Assembly: GCA_043823295.1 (NCBI GenBank)
Contig: JBDRAY010000067.1
Span: forward strand, 1 to 41,204
DNA: 41,204 bases
Source: Methanobacteriota archaeon
Lineage (GTDB): Archaea; Altiarchaeota; Altiarchaeia; IMC4; SCGC-AAA252-I15
Direction: 5' to 3'
The notes beneath the pieces were generated by a model, which made no database searches, was not told the origin of the DNA, and saw only the letters and a program-made list of their open reading frames with translations. Positions 29,773 to 39,429 of this stretch are shown here, in pieces; positions within the stretch are counted from its first letter, which is position 1; each line of letters opens with the position of its first letter. A program made the translations under genes and the position numbers.

Positions 29773-30453
29773 ATGAGGGTTACGAACACGAAAATTTATG
29801 TTGGAGCGCTTTTTTTAACGGTCGCAATCTTTGTTATGGGACTGCTTTTAGGCCTTGTAATCGAGGGTAAGCGGGTCGCATTCATGGAGGAGTCGGATCG
29901 TGTTCAGAAACTAAATTTTGAAAGCTTAAAGCTTCAGTTCCTGTACCTGTCTTCACTTGAAGGTAGGGAAAGCTGCCCCGCATTCTCATCTGCCTTAAGC
30001 CGGTACATTAAGGAGACTGAGAAGACTCGGGAGCGTCTTGAAGGCTATATCACTCAGGGTGTGGCGTATAATAATGATTTTTTGATTTTGAAGAGGGAGT
30101 ATGTTATTTCCCAGCTGAATTACTGGGTTTTGTCGAAGAATACTAAGAGGTTGTGTGGCACTGATTTCGTTACCGTATTGTATTTTTACTCGGAGGATTG
30201 TGGTGACTGTGAGAATCAGGGTTTTGTCTTGGATTATCTTAAAAGAAGGTTTGGGGATGGGGTTTTGATTTTCGCCTTGGATAGAGAGTTTGTCGAGGAG
30301 CCCATGATTCCTTTTATTGTTGAGACTTTTAATGTTTCCGTTTCCCCAACGCTTGTTGTGGAGGATGATGTTCTCGTGGGATTCCAGCCTAAGGACACTT
30401 TAATCAAGGTAGTCTGCGAGAAGTTTGCGGAAAAGCCCAGTGATTGCCCATGA
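29773..30453 (+). CDS. Membrane-anchored protein with thioredoxin-like C-terminal domain
   Basis: N-terminal TM, YFYSEDCGDC, VSPTLVV. Confidence 0.7.
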   Translation: MRVTNTKIYVGALFLTVAIFVMGLLLGLVIEGKRVAFMEESDRVQKLNFESLKLQFLYLSSLEGRESCPAFSSALSRYIKETEKTRERLEGYITQGVAYNNDFLILKREYVISQLNYWVLSKNTKRLCGTDFVTVLYFYSEDCGDCENQGFVLDYLKRRFGDGVLIFALDREFVEEPMIPFIVETFNVSVSPTLVVEDDVLVGFQPKDTLIKVVCEKFAEKPSDCP

Positions 30454-31028
30454 GCGATGAATTCGTTTTGGAGTTTAAGAGGCAGGTCGTGCACCTTTTA
30501 GTCGGCTTGTTTGAGGCGGTTGTCGTCTTGTTTTTAAAGCCTGCTATTGGAGTTTTCATTCTAGTGCCTCTTTTTGCGACAATACTTTTCTTGTATTACT
30601 CACCGAGACTGCTTCCAAAGGCGCCTGGGATATCGCATCTAATCCATCACTTCGAGCGTGAGGCTGACATTGAGAGCTTCCCGTTTAGGGGTGCATTCTT
30701 CTTCAATGTCGGGATTGTTATTCCTGTCTTGTTGCTTGACGCTCCACTTGCCTCAGCGGTCATCGCAATACTGGCTTTCGGGGATTCATCTTCGACACTC
30801 ATCGGTAAATTCTATGGAAAACATAGAATCGGGCGTAAAAGTCTTGAAGGTCTACTGGCTTTTTTTGTGGGTGGGTCTGTCGGGGCGGCCATGTTCGTTA
30901 GTTTACAGTTTGCCGTAATTTTAGCAGTAGTTGGGGGTCTAGTCGAGTTTTTCATTAAAGTAAACGATAATCTCTCGATTCCGATAAGTCTTACGGGCTT
31001 TGTTATAATACTTAATTTTTTAGTATAG
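30450..31028 (+). CDS. Polyprenol/dolichol kinase-like (CTP-transferase family) membrane protein
   Basis: KRQVVH, FGDSSSTLIGKFYG, KSLEG, NDNLSIP. Confidence 0.85.
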   Translation: MSDEFVLEFKRQVVHLLVGLFEAVVVLFLKPAIGVFILVPLFATILFLYYSPRLLPKAPGISHLIHHFEREADIESFPFRGAFFFNVGIVIPVLLLDAPLASAVIAILAFGDSSSTLIGKFYGKHRIGRKSLEGLLAFFVGGSVGAAMFVSLQFAVILAVVGGLVEFFIKVNDNLSIPISLTGFVIILNFLV

Positions 31029-31851
31029 TATCAGCAACTTTTAGTACTGCAACTGTTTCCCCTATATCGTGCACTCTAAGTATGTTTGCACCTTTTGCTG
31101 CTGCAATCACCGCGATTGCAAGGGAGCCGGAAAGTCTGTCGCAGGGAGGAGCGTTAAGTATTTCCCCGATCATGCTCTTTCTGGACGCCCCTATGAGAAG
31201 GGGTAATCCAAGGTCTCTGAATTCGGGAAGCCTTCGAAGTATTTCGAGGTTGTGGTCGAGGGTTTTGCCGAATCCGATGCCAGGGTCGAGAATGATTTGT
31301 TTTTCCAAGACTCCATGGCTTTTAGCGTGCATTATCCTCTCCTTGAAAAAAGACTTGATATCCATGACAACATCATTGTAGGAAGGATTCTCTTGCATAT
31401 TCTTCGGAGACCCCTGCATGTGCATGACCACTACCGGAAGCCCGGATTCGGCGACAAGCTCAGCCATCCCAACTGATCTTAGCCCGTAGACGTCGTTTAC
31501 CATCGAGGCTCCGGCCGAAATAGCCTTTTCGACTACCTCGGGCTTGTAGGAGTCGATTGAAATCGGGACGCGAAGTTCGCAGGCGAGAGCCTCTACAACT
31601 GGCAAAACCCTCTTAAGTTCCTCTTTAATTGGAACCATATCCGAGCCAGGCCGCGTAGACTCACCCCCAACGTCTATTATGTCCGCCCCCAACTCAACCA
31701 TCTCCCTCCCACGCTCGACGGCAGCATCTACGTCAACCCAACTTCCCCCGTCAAAAAAAGAATCGGGCGTGACATTTAAAATGCCCATGACTAAAGTCTT
31801 GTCTAAATCGAGCTTGAATTTGCCGGAGTAGATTATCTTATCCATTTCCAA
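31012..31851 (-). CDS. folP: Dihydropteroate synthase
   Basis: MGILNVTPDSF.DGG, DVGGESTRPG, DPGIGFGK, GASRKS, RVHD. Confidence 0.97.
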   Translation of the reverse strand: MEMDKIIYSGKFKLDLDKTLVMGILNVTPDSFFDGGSWVDVDAAVERGREMVELGADIIDVGGESTRPGSDMVPIKEELKRVLPVVEALACELRVPISIDSYKPEVVEKAISAGASMVNDVYGLRSVGMAELVAESGLPVVVMHMQGSPKNMQENPSYNDVVMDIKSFFKERIMHAKSHGVLEKQIILDPGIGFGKTLDHNLEILRRLPEFRDLGLPLLIGASRKSMIGEILNAPPCDRLSGSLAIAVIAAAKGANILRVHDIGETVAVLKVADTILKN

Positions 31852-33130
31852 GTTTTTTCTTGACGTCTCCTATGAAAAATATTGAACCAGAGAAAACTAT
31901 ATAATCGTCTTTACCGGCTAGTTTGCGGGATTTTTCGATTGCATCTTGTACTGATTCTGCCTGAGTGCAGGTGATGTTGTGTTTTGAAATTATTTCACAT
32001 AGTTTTTCAGGGTCTGCCGCCTGAGGATGAGTTGAGCGGGCGGTGACGCAAGCCTTCATTTTCGGAGCGATTTTTTCGATTATGCCGTCCAAGTCCTTGT
32101 ATTTTGATATGCCTAACGCGAAAACCCCTTTTTTCCGGCCATATAATTCGGTGAGGGTTTCGGCGAGGGTTTCAGCCCCTTTCGGGTTGTGAGCACAATC
32201 CAAGATTATTGTGGGTTTCCCCCCAATTTTTTCGAATCTGCCAGGCCAAACAGTTTTTTCAATACCACTTCTAACTTTTTCTTGAGGTATGCTGACTCCA
32301 AAGGTTTGAAGGATGTCTAGAGCTGTAACTGCTGTTGCTGCGTTTGTTAGTTGGTGTCTTCCTAAAAAAGGATTGATAAGGTCTTTGTATTTTCTTAGAC
32401 CATTTAAATCGAATAATTGTCCCTGGTTGGTTGTTCCCGTTTTCTTGAATGTAACGTCTTTTCCTATTACGTAGAGTGGTGAACTAGTCTTAGAGCATGC
32501 TGCTTTTATTACTTTAAGGGCTTTTGGATTTGTTTCCGCAGTGACGAGTGGAGTATTTTTTTTTATTATTCCCGCTTTCTCTTGCGCGATCTTTTTGATC
32601 GAGTCGCCGAGTATCTCCGCGTGGTCCATCTGAGCGTTCGTGATGACAGATACTTTAGGTTTAAGGGTGTTTGTCGCATCCAGTCTTCCCCCAAGCCCCA
32701 CTTCCACGACGGCATAGTCGACTTTTTCCTCGGCAAAGTAGGTAAATGCCATTGCAGTTACGACCTCGAAAAACGAGGGTTCCCCCAACTGGGAGTCAGA
32801 TCTCATGGAGTCGATGTAAGGCATTATTTCGATTAGATGTCTGACAATATCGTCTTGCGAGATTTCATCCGTCCCAACCTTAATCCGTTCGGTGAATTCA
32901 GTCAAGTGAGGGGAAGTGTACAAGCCCGTGGAATAACCCACCTCAGAGAGCACTGACTGTATCATCGCGCAGACAGAGCCTTTCCCGTTGGTCCCGGCTA
33001 CGAGAATGGAATCAAATTTTTCTTGAGGGTTACCTAGAAGATTTAGTAGATGTTCTATGTGAGATAACCTAAGCTTGACCCCAGTCCTTCTAAGAGCATA
33101 CAGGTAATCTATTGCCTGCTTGTAGTCCAT
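31838..33130 (-). CDS. folC: Folylpolyglutamate/dihydrofolate synthase
   Basis: VAGTNGKGS, YTSPHL, EVGLGGRLDATN, WPGRFE, DCAHNP. Confidence 0.97.
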   Translation of the reverse strand: MDYKQAIDYLYALRRTGVKLRLSHIEHLLNLLGNPQEKFDSILVAGTNGKGSVCAMIQSVLSEVGYSTGLYTSPHLTEFTERIKVGTDEISQDDIVRHLIEIMPYIDSMRSDSQLGEPSFFEVVTAMAFTYFAEEKVDYAVVEVGLGGRLDATNTLKPKVSVITNAQMDHAEILGDSIKKIAQEKAGIIKKNTPLVTAETNPKALKVIKAACSKTSSPLYVIGKDVTFKKTGTTNQGQLFDLNGLRKYKDLINPFLGRHQLTNAATAVTALDILQTFGVSIPQEKVRSGIEKTVWPGRFEKIGGKPTIILDCAHNPKGAETLAETLTELYGRKKGVFALGISKYKDLDGIIEKIAPKMKACVTARSTHPQAADPEKLCEIISKHNITCTQAESVQDAIEKSRKLAGKDDYIVFSGSIFFIGDVKKKLGNG

Positions 33131-33151
33131 CTCGGAATAAAAAAATTTTTT

Positions 33152-34699
33152 TTAGTGTCTGAAGGCGCGCACTCCCGTGAAAACCATGCTCATGCCGTGT
33201 TCGTTTACCGCGTCGACTACTTCCTTGTCGCGTATGCTGCCTCCAGGCTGGATGACCCCGATTATCCCCGCCTTGGCAGCTTCGTCAATCCCATCCCGGA
33301 ACGGGAAGAATGCGTCAGACGCCATGACCGCCCCCTGGGCTTTTTCCCCGGCCTTAAATGATGCGATTTTCACTGCGTCAACGCGGCTCATCTGGCCTGC
33401 CCCGATTCCTACCGTCTGAAGGCCCTTGCAAAAGAGTATTGAATTGGATTTTATGTGTCGGTTAATCCTCCATGCGTATAGCATGGATTCTATTTCATCT
33501 TCTAAGGGCTCGCGCAAGCTTGCGACTTTAAGATCATTTCTTGAAAATTCAGGGTAACCTCGAGTCTGAATTAAAAGTCCTCCAACAACCTTTTTTACAT
33601 CGTACCCGGAAGGCTTCCGCGATAAATCCCCGGTTTCAAGGACCCTAATGTTCTTTTTGCTTTTAATGATTTCCAATGCTTTCGAATCGAATGATGGCGC
33701 GATCACAGCCTCTACGAATACCTTGTTGATTTCTTCAGCAGTTGCAAGGTCACACTCCCCGTTCAATGCAATTATACCTCCAAAAGCGGACATCGAGTCT
33801 GCTTCATTAGCTTTAACATATGCATCATGGATTGTTTCAGCTGTTGCCACTCCACAGGGATTCGTATGTTTTATGACTGCTGCAGTAGGCCCGTCAAACT
33901 CCTTGATTAGCTCGAATGCATCGTTTATGTCTAAAATGTTGTTGAATGAGAGTTTTTTCCCGTGCAATTGGAGGGCGTTTGTAACACATGATTCTTCGAT
34001 GTGCGCGTCCCGGTAAAAGGCCGCCTTCTGGTACGGGTTCTCTCCGTATCGAAGGTCTTGTATTTTTTCAAATGCGAGCACAAGGTTTTCAGGGAAGTCT
34101 TCATCTGGGTTATATTTTTTTCTAAACCAGTCTTGAATCCAAGTATCGTATCTTGCAGTGTGGTTGAAGGCTTTGTAGGCGAGTTGTGAGCGTGTTTCCT
34201 CTGAGACGGACCCGTTTAGATCTTGTAGTTCGCCTACTACTTTGTGGTAGTCGGAGGGGTTTACGATGACTATTACGTCCTTGAAGTTTTTCGCTGCCGC
34301 GCGGATGAGTGTGGGCCCGCCTATGTCGATTTCCTCTATGACTTCGTCGTCTGAAGCATCAACTCGGTTGGATTTTTCCTTGAATGGGTAGAGGTTCACG
34401 CAGACTAAGTCGATTGGTTTAATGTCTTTGTCTGACAGCTGTTTCATGTGCCCTGCATTGTCTCTTTTAGCCAGTATTCCTCCGTGGACGCTTGGGTGTA
34501 GTGTTTTAACACGGCCGTCGAGCATTTCCGAGAATCCCGTTAAATCTGACACTTCGGTTACTGTTATTCTGGCTTCCCTGATTTTTTTTGCGGTTCCGCC
34601 GGTTGATATTAACTCTACGTGAAGCTTTGCAAGGCTTTCTGCGAATTCCACAATGCCTTCCTTCTCGGATACACTTAGAAGCGCCCTTTGGACTTGCAT
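33152..34699 (-). CDS. purH: Bifunctional AICAR transformylase/IMP cyclohydrolase
   Basis: RALLSVS, GRVKTLHP, IDIGGP, LRYGENP, KHTNPCG, ASDAFFPF, FRH. Confidence 0.98.
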   Translation of the reverse strand: MQVQRALLSVSEKEGIVEFAESLAKLHVELISTGGTAKKIREARITVTEVSDLTGFSEMLDGRVKTLHPSVHGGILAKRDNAGHMKQLSDKDIKPIDLVCVNLYPFKEKSNRVDASDDEVIEEIDIGGPTLIRAAAKNFKDVIVIVNPSDYHKVVGELQDLNGSVSEETRSQLAYKAFNHTARYDTWIQDWFRKKYNPDEDFPENLVLAFEKIQDLRYGENPYQKAAFYRDAHIEESCVTNALQLHGKKLSFNNILDINDAFELIKEFDGPTAAVIKHTNPCGVATAETIHDAYVKANEADSMSAFGGIIALNGECDLATAEEINKVFVEAVIAPSFDSKALEIIKSKKNIRVLETGDLSRKPSGYDVKKVVGGLLIQTRGYPEFSRNDLKVASLREPLEDEIESMLYAWRINRHIKSNSILFCKGLQTVGIGAGQMSRVDAVKIASFKAGEKAQGAVMASDAFFPFRDGIDEAAKAGIIGVIQPGGSIRDKEVVDAVNEHGMSMVFTGVRAFRH

Positions 34700-34736
34700 G
34701 AGAAAACACCCAGTTTATGACTTAAGACTTGTTGAC

Positions 34737-35582
34737 TTAAAAATGAGCTTGGGAAGCTGCAGTAATCGTGTTTTGAAGGAGGATTGCAATGGTCATTGGG
34801 CCGACTCCGCCGGGGACTGGGGTTATGTGTGACGCCTTTTCTTTGACTTTTTCAAAGTCTACGTCGCCTGTGATTCCTTCCTCCGTCTTGCTTACGCCCA
34901 CATCAATCACTATCGCACCCTCTGCTACCATGTCTTTTTTAATTAGTTTTGGAACTCCGGTTGCTGAAATGAGGATGTCGGCGGCTTTAGTATGATTTGC
35001 AAGATTTTTCGTGTAGACGTGGCATACGTCTACTGTCGCATTTCTTGATAAGAGCATAAGGGCTAAGGGTTTCCCGACCACGATGCTGTGGTTTACAATG
35101 CACACGTTTTTCCCTTCAAGCCTTGTTAAGTCTTCAAGCAAGACAACAATCCCTTTAGGGGTTGCAGGTGCGAGAGCTTCGTCTTTAAAGGCGAGTTTAC
35201 CTAGGTTTTGGGGGTGGAATCCGTCAACGTCTTTGGAAGGATTAATATTTGATAAAGTCTTGTATTCGTTAAGATGCTTTGGAAGTGGAAGCTGTACTAA
35301 AATTCCGTGGACGAGCTCGTCTGAATTGAGTTTCGTAATTAGTGATATTACTTCACCTTCGGATGCGTCGGCTGGAAGCTCGAATTGATTCGATTTAATT
35401 CCGACTTCAACGCAAGCTTTCTCCTTGAGTTTAAGATAGATTCTGGATGAAGAATCATCTCCGACAAGAATCGTCGCAAGAGCTGGAGTCACCCCTTTTT
35501 CAGAAAGCGTTTTTACTTCCTTTTTCAATGAGGCTTTTATTTCTAAAGCCTTTTTCGCTCCGTCAATGATCTGAGCGGTCAT
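34737..35582 (-). CDS. folD: Methylene-THF dehydrogenase/cyclohydrolase
   Basis: GILVQLPLP, KDVDG, PATP, VGKP, TPVPGGVGPMT. Confidence 0.97.
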   Translation of the reverse strand: MTAQIIDGAKKALEIKASLKKEVKTLSEKGVTPALATILVGDDSSSRIYLKLKEKACVEVGIKSNQFELPADASEGEVISLITKLNSDELVHGILVQLPLPKHLNEYKTLSNINPSKDVDGFHPQNLGKLAFKDEALAPATPKGIVVLLEDLTRLEGKNVCIVNHSIVVGKPLALMLLSRNATVDVCHVYTKNLANHTKAADILISATGVPKLIKKDMVAEGAIVIDVGVSKTEEGITGDVDFEKVKEKASHITPVPGGVGPMTIAILLQNTITAASQAHF

Positions 35583-35587
35583 CGTGT

Positions 35588-36832
35588 TTAGTGGACGGGA
35601 AATCTTTTGCAGAGTTCGTTAACCTTTCTTCTTGTTTCAGCGAGTATTTTCTCGTCTTCTAGGTTTTTTAGCGCTGTTTCAACGTATTCCGCGATTAGCT
35701 GCATTTCACCCTCTTTCATGCCGCGTGATGTCACGCAAGGCGTTCCAATCCTTATTCCCGAAGTTACGAATGTTTTTTCAGTGTCGAATGGTATAATATT
35801 TTTGTTTAAGATTATTCCAGCCTTGCTTAACGCTTCTTCGCCTTGTTTGCCATTTAATCCCATGTCGCGAAGGTCTACTAGCATTAGATGGTTGTCTGTT
35901 CCACCCGAGACGATGCGAAATCCTTTTTCAATGAGGGTGTCGGAGATTACTTTCGCGTTTTTCACGATTTGTTGCTGGTACTCTCTCCACTTGGGAGTCA
36001 ATGCTTCCTTAAAGCACACGGCCTTGGCAGCTATCGCATGCATGAACGGCCCGCCCTGGATTCCTGGGAAAACCGACTTGTCGAGCGCTTTAGCGTGCTC
36101 TTCCTTGCACATGACTAGGGCACCCCGAGGACCTCGAAGCGTTTTATGAGTTGTCGTCGTCACAAAGTCGGCGTAAGGTACGGGTGAAGGATGAACTTTA
36201 GCTGCGACAAGACCTGCAATATGCGCGATGTCTGCCATAAGAATCGCATCTACTTCGTCGGCTATCTCCCTGAAAGCCTTAAAGTCGATTGTTCTGGGAT
36301 ACGCGCTCGCACCGCAAACAATCACCTTAGGTTTTACTTCACGCGCCTTCGCAGACAATTCAGAATAGTCGATTTGCTCTGTATCGCGGCTTACACCGTA
36401 AAACTCGTTTTGGTAAAGCTTGCCTGAAAAGCTAGCGGGATGACCGTGGGATAAGTGACCTCCGTGAGTCAAGTCCATGCCAAGAAGCGTGTCTCCGGGT
36501 TCCATTACCGCGAAGTAGACTGCCATGTTAGCCTGCGTCCCTGCGTGAGGTTGCACGTTCACGTGCTCGCAGTCGAAAAGTTTCTTGGCGCGCTCGACAG
36601 CCAAATCCTCTGCAACATCTACGAACTCGCACCCGCCGTAGTATCTCTTACGGGGGTAGCCTTCAGCATACTTGTCGCTCATAATAGACGACATAGCCTC
36701 CCGAACCGCCAAGCTCGAGTGGTTTTCAGACGCAATCAACTGTAAAAGCGTATTCTGCCTGTTTATCTCGTTTTCAATCGCCTCGAAGATTTCGGGGTCC
36801 GTTCCCTTAAGATTCTCGTAATGTCCAACCAT
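35588..36832 (-). CDS. glyA: Serine hydroxymethyltransferase
   Basis: [46 protein letters not shown]. Confidence 0.98.
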   Translation of the reverse strand: MVGHYENLKGTDPEIFEAIENEINRQNTLLQLIASENHSSLAVREAMSSIMSDKYAEGYPRKRYYGGCEFVDVAEDLAVERAKKLFDCEHVNVQPHAGTQANMAVYFAVMEPGDTLLGMDLTHGGHLSHGHPASFSGKLYQNEFYGVSRDTEQIDYSELSAKAREVKPKVIVCGASAYPRTIDFKAFREIADEVDAILMADIAHIAGLVAAKVHPSPVPYADFVTTTTHKTLRGPRGALVMCKEEHAKALDKSVFPGIQGGPFMHAIAAKAVCFKEALTPKWREYQQQIVKNAKVISDTLIEKGFRIVSGGTDNHLMLVDLRDMGLNGKQGEEALSKAGIILNKNIIPFDTEKTFVTSGIRIGTPCVTSRGMKEGEMQLIAEYVETALKNLEDEKILAETRRKVNELCKRFPVH

Positions 36833-36904
36833 TTTTACACAAAGAGTAAATTATGAGAGCCTTTAAAATAAAAAAGAAACAAGAACAATTTTATTTCTTG
36901 GGTT

Positions 36905-37026
36905 GAAAGCAGCATCTGGTCGGATTGTGCCGTCTTTTACGGCACGAATGCTTCTCACGCTCTGAGGGGCTAAGCGACTGAAAGGAGTGCATGCCCCTCC
37001 CGCATGTGAACTGGGCGTGACAGTTC
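36905..37026 (+). other. Structured GC-rich element between the glyA promoter and the tRNA-Arg 3' end
   Basis: TTGTGCCGT/ACGGCACGA, TCACGCTC/GGGCGTGA and GAGGGGC/GCCCCTC stems; function unknown. Confidence 0.5.
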
Positions 37027-37100
37027 GGACCCGCTGGGATTCGAACCCAGGATCCCCGGATTAGAAGTCCGGTGCCCTATCCAGGCTAGGCTACGGGCCC
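37026..37100 (-). tRNA. tRNA-Arg (TCT)
   Basis: Minus strand GGGCCCGTAGCCTAGCCTGGATAGGGCACCGGACTTCTAATCCGGGGATCCTGGGTTCGAATCCCAGCGGGTCCG; anticodon TCT, CCA not encoded. Confidence 0.97.
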
Positions 37101-37147
37101 AGTTGAGGTAATCTTATAGTGGTTTAAAGTAAAATAGTTTCTTTTCC

Positions 37148-37222
37148 GTGCACGCTTCGCGACCGACTTTGTCGGGCGCGTGTCGGACTTCGTCCGCCAC
37201 ATTCTTTTCTAAAGAAAAGGGT
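37148..37222. repeat. REP-like palindrome cluster
   Basis: CCGAC-TTT-GTCGG nested in GCACGC/GCGTGT, then CGGAC-TTC-GTCCG and ATTCTTTTC-TAAA-GAAAAGGGT. Confidence 0.6.
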
Positions 37223-37242
37223 GCATTGATTGTGCGTTTGTT

Positions 37243-38307
37243 TTATAAAATTAGGGTTATGGACAGTAGATTCCACCCGAGTATGAGTGCGGACGTCAGG
37301 CGTATGCTGGTGGTCTGTATTTGGACGCTAGTGTTTTTGGGGACGCCGTATTCTATTCCGTCGTAGGGTGTTATCCTGCAGTATAGCGTGTCTCCTCCAC
37401 TGAAGTTTCCTGGCGCAAGACTTGTGTTCGTGATGTTTAAAGTTATTGATCCTATAATCCAGTTGTAGGTTAAAGTCACGTTGTCTACGTCCAGGTCGCT
37501 CGCTGTTCCGCTGCAGTTTATGGTTGCGTTGTCGTATGGGTAGGCGGGCACTATCTGCAGGGAATCGACTGTGGGGAGCGCGTTTCCGACCGTGAAATTT
37601 CCGAGTGGGAAGGAGTCGTTTACGTTTCCGCTCAGGTCAGACGCTACCAGCTTCCAGAATACTTTTGTTCCTCGCGTGAAGTTTGTCGTGTTTAGTTCGG
37701 CCTGGATTTTCTTCCCGGGATTGTGGACACTATTGTTGTCGGTTAGGTTTAGGCTCTCATTTAATACTACAGTGTGATTGGCCCAGGTTCCCGTCCCGTT
37801 GTGGAGTATGAAAAGGTTTATTTTCCCGGAATTGTCCTTCCAGGTGACATTCGCGATCTTGGTCATGCCTCTTCGGAGTGTGTCTGGAGTTAACTGCGAG
37901 TTATAGTATTGTGGTGGTTTGATGTCGTCGATGTGCAAGTTTATTGGTATGTAGTCGTCTCCGGGTTGGGTTGTGTATTTGGATATGCCGACGTACCCTG
38001 TCAAGTCGCTTCTAATTGATTCGACCGTTATTACTTCTCCCGTCGCGTAGCTTATGTTTTGGCCTGTGCTGTATGCCGCCCCGCTTGGATGGGAATAATA
38101 AGGGAGTGTAGTGTTCATGTAGAATGAGTATCCAGTGTATATGTGGCCGGTCGTGTTTCCGGTTATGTTTATGAGTATCTCAGACCGTCCCGCACCCGTG
38201 ACGTTGTCGAATATTGAGCCGTCTATGAGCGGTGGGAATGCTGCGTGAATGCTTTCTATCGCTAGTATTAAGGCTAATAGCTGGATGATAAAGGTTTTTT
38301 CTTTCAT
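37243..38307 (-). CDS. Secreted/surface glycoprotein with Ig-like domains
   Basis: Signal peptide, many N-x-T/S sequons, SDLDVD..TLTYNW and CRITPYDG..YG, C-terminal GWNLLS motif. Confidence 0.8.
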   Translation of the reverse strand: MKEKTFIIQLLALILAIESIHAAFPPLIDGSIFDNVTGAGRSEILINITGNTTGHIYTGYSFYMNTTLPYYSHPSGAAYSTGQNISYATGEVITVESIRSDLTGYVGISKYTTQPGDDYIPINLHIDDIKPPQYYNSQLTPDTLRRGMTKIANVTWKDNSGKINLFILHNGTGTWANHTVVLNESLNLTDNNSVHNPGKKIQAELNTTNFTRGTKVFWKLVASDLSGNVNDSFPLGNFTVGNALPTVDSLQIVPAYPYDNATINCSGTASDLDVDNVTLTYNWIIGSITLNITNTSLAPGNFSGGDTLYCRITPYDGIEYGVPKNTSVQIQTTSIRLTSALILGWNLLSITLIL

Positions 38308-38336
38308 TGCGAGCTTCTATGTGAAGGAAGGATTAT

Positions 38337-39422
38337 TTATTTTGTTTTCTTCTTTCGCTTGATAACCCACAACAAGATTATTGCCAGAAGCAGTAGTACT
38401 AGTACTAGAAACGCCGCTATTCCGCCGAATAATCCCCAAAGACTTTTTCCTTTAATGCATGGAGGGCATGTTCCGCCGCAGTCCACTCCTTCCTCCCCGA
38501 CATCCCAGACTCCATTGAAACACAATCTTATTGGCGGGGCTGTGGTGGAAGTAGTCTTCGGTAGTGTGGTTATTGAGGGTATGGTAGTCAATCGCGGACG
38601 CGGTACCGTCGTCACAACGCATGCAGCACATGGGCCGCCACAGTCGGTTCCTTCCTCGCCGTGGTCTTTCAGGTTGTTAAAGCACCTTGTGTCGACCTCG
38701 CACACACCGTTCACGCACATAAAGCCTACTTCACAGTCTGATTCGACGACACAGGCAGGCTCGACAGTGAATACGAAGGGTATATAGTTTACTCCGCCTT
38801 CAAATATTATCTTGACAATCAAGTCATATGTTCCTACCGCAGCGTCTCTTGGAATCGAAAGCCTTAAAAGCATTTCCCCTTCCTTGTCTCTTTCCAAGTC
38901 AATAAGGTTTGTCCCTGAAACACTCCACCCTGTGGGAAGACCCTCAATTACAACTTCAATTCCGATTTCACGCTGGTCTCCAATGTTTTCAAGAGATACG
39001 GTTAGATTACCGTCTTCACCAAGCCTTCCTGAAGCATTAAAAAGGAGTAACCCCGTGACATTCCTGACTTGCTGCCTGTGTCTTGGACGGTCAACGACCA
39101 CCGGCACCTTAAGCTCGAAAAGTGTTCTCGCACCCAAACCCCTGTGAGATACATTAACTGGCGCTCCAAGCCAACTGGTCTGGGCGAGCAGTTCCTCGCC
39201 TTGGCCTATGTAAGACATGTAGCCGGAATTGAAGTATCCGCCGCTTCGGCTGGTTCCCTCCCAAACCAGGCCGGACTCGTTTCCAGTAACGGAAACTCTC
39301 GCTCCGACAATCCCCCAACCAGTTTGGTCGGTCACGTACCCGTAAATCCTGTGTCCCGGCACTGGCTGTCCGAAAACAACCGACGCCATCAAAACCATCG
39401 TTAAAAGAATCTTCCACTTCAT
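38337..39422 (-). CDS. Membrane-anchored surface protein with Cys-rich repeats
   Basis: Signal peptide MKWKILL, GYVTD.TG..I.GARV domain, two C.N...D.GEEG.DCGG.C..C repeats, Thr/Pro linker, C-terminal TM with basic tail. Confidence 0.85.
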   Translation of the reverse strand: MKWKILLTMVLMASVVFGQPVPGHRIYGYVTDQTGWGIVGARVSVTGNESGLVWEGTSRSGGYFNSGYMSYIGQGEELLAQTSWLGAPVNVSHRGLGARTLFELKVPVVVDRPRHRQQVRNVTGLLLFNASGRLGEDGNLTVSLENIGDQREIGIEVVIEGLPTGWSVSGTNLIDLERDKEGEMLLRLSIPRDAAVGTYDLIVKIIFEGGVNYIPFVFTVEPACVVESDCEVGFMCVNGVCEVDTRCFNNLKDHGEEGTDCGGPCAACVVTTVPRPRLTTIPSITTLPKTTSTTAPPIRLCFNGVWDVGEEGVDCGGTCPPCIKGKSLWGLFGGIAAFLVLVLLLLAIILLWVIKRKKKTK

Positions 39423-39429
39423 TTTTTTT

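Noticed and set aside
36833-37025. Canonical ZTP or THF riboswitch controlling glyA
   Set aside because: The aptamer-like words are on the wrong strand and lack P2 and the pseudoknot; glyA has its own TTTAAA about 30 nt upstream, implying a very short leader
36905-37026. tRNA-associated HDV-like (theta), hammerhead or pistol ribozyme
   Set aside because: I could not build the nested double pseudoknot, the CUGANGA/GAAA core or the pistol P1 pseudoknot on either strand
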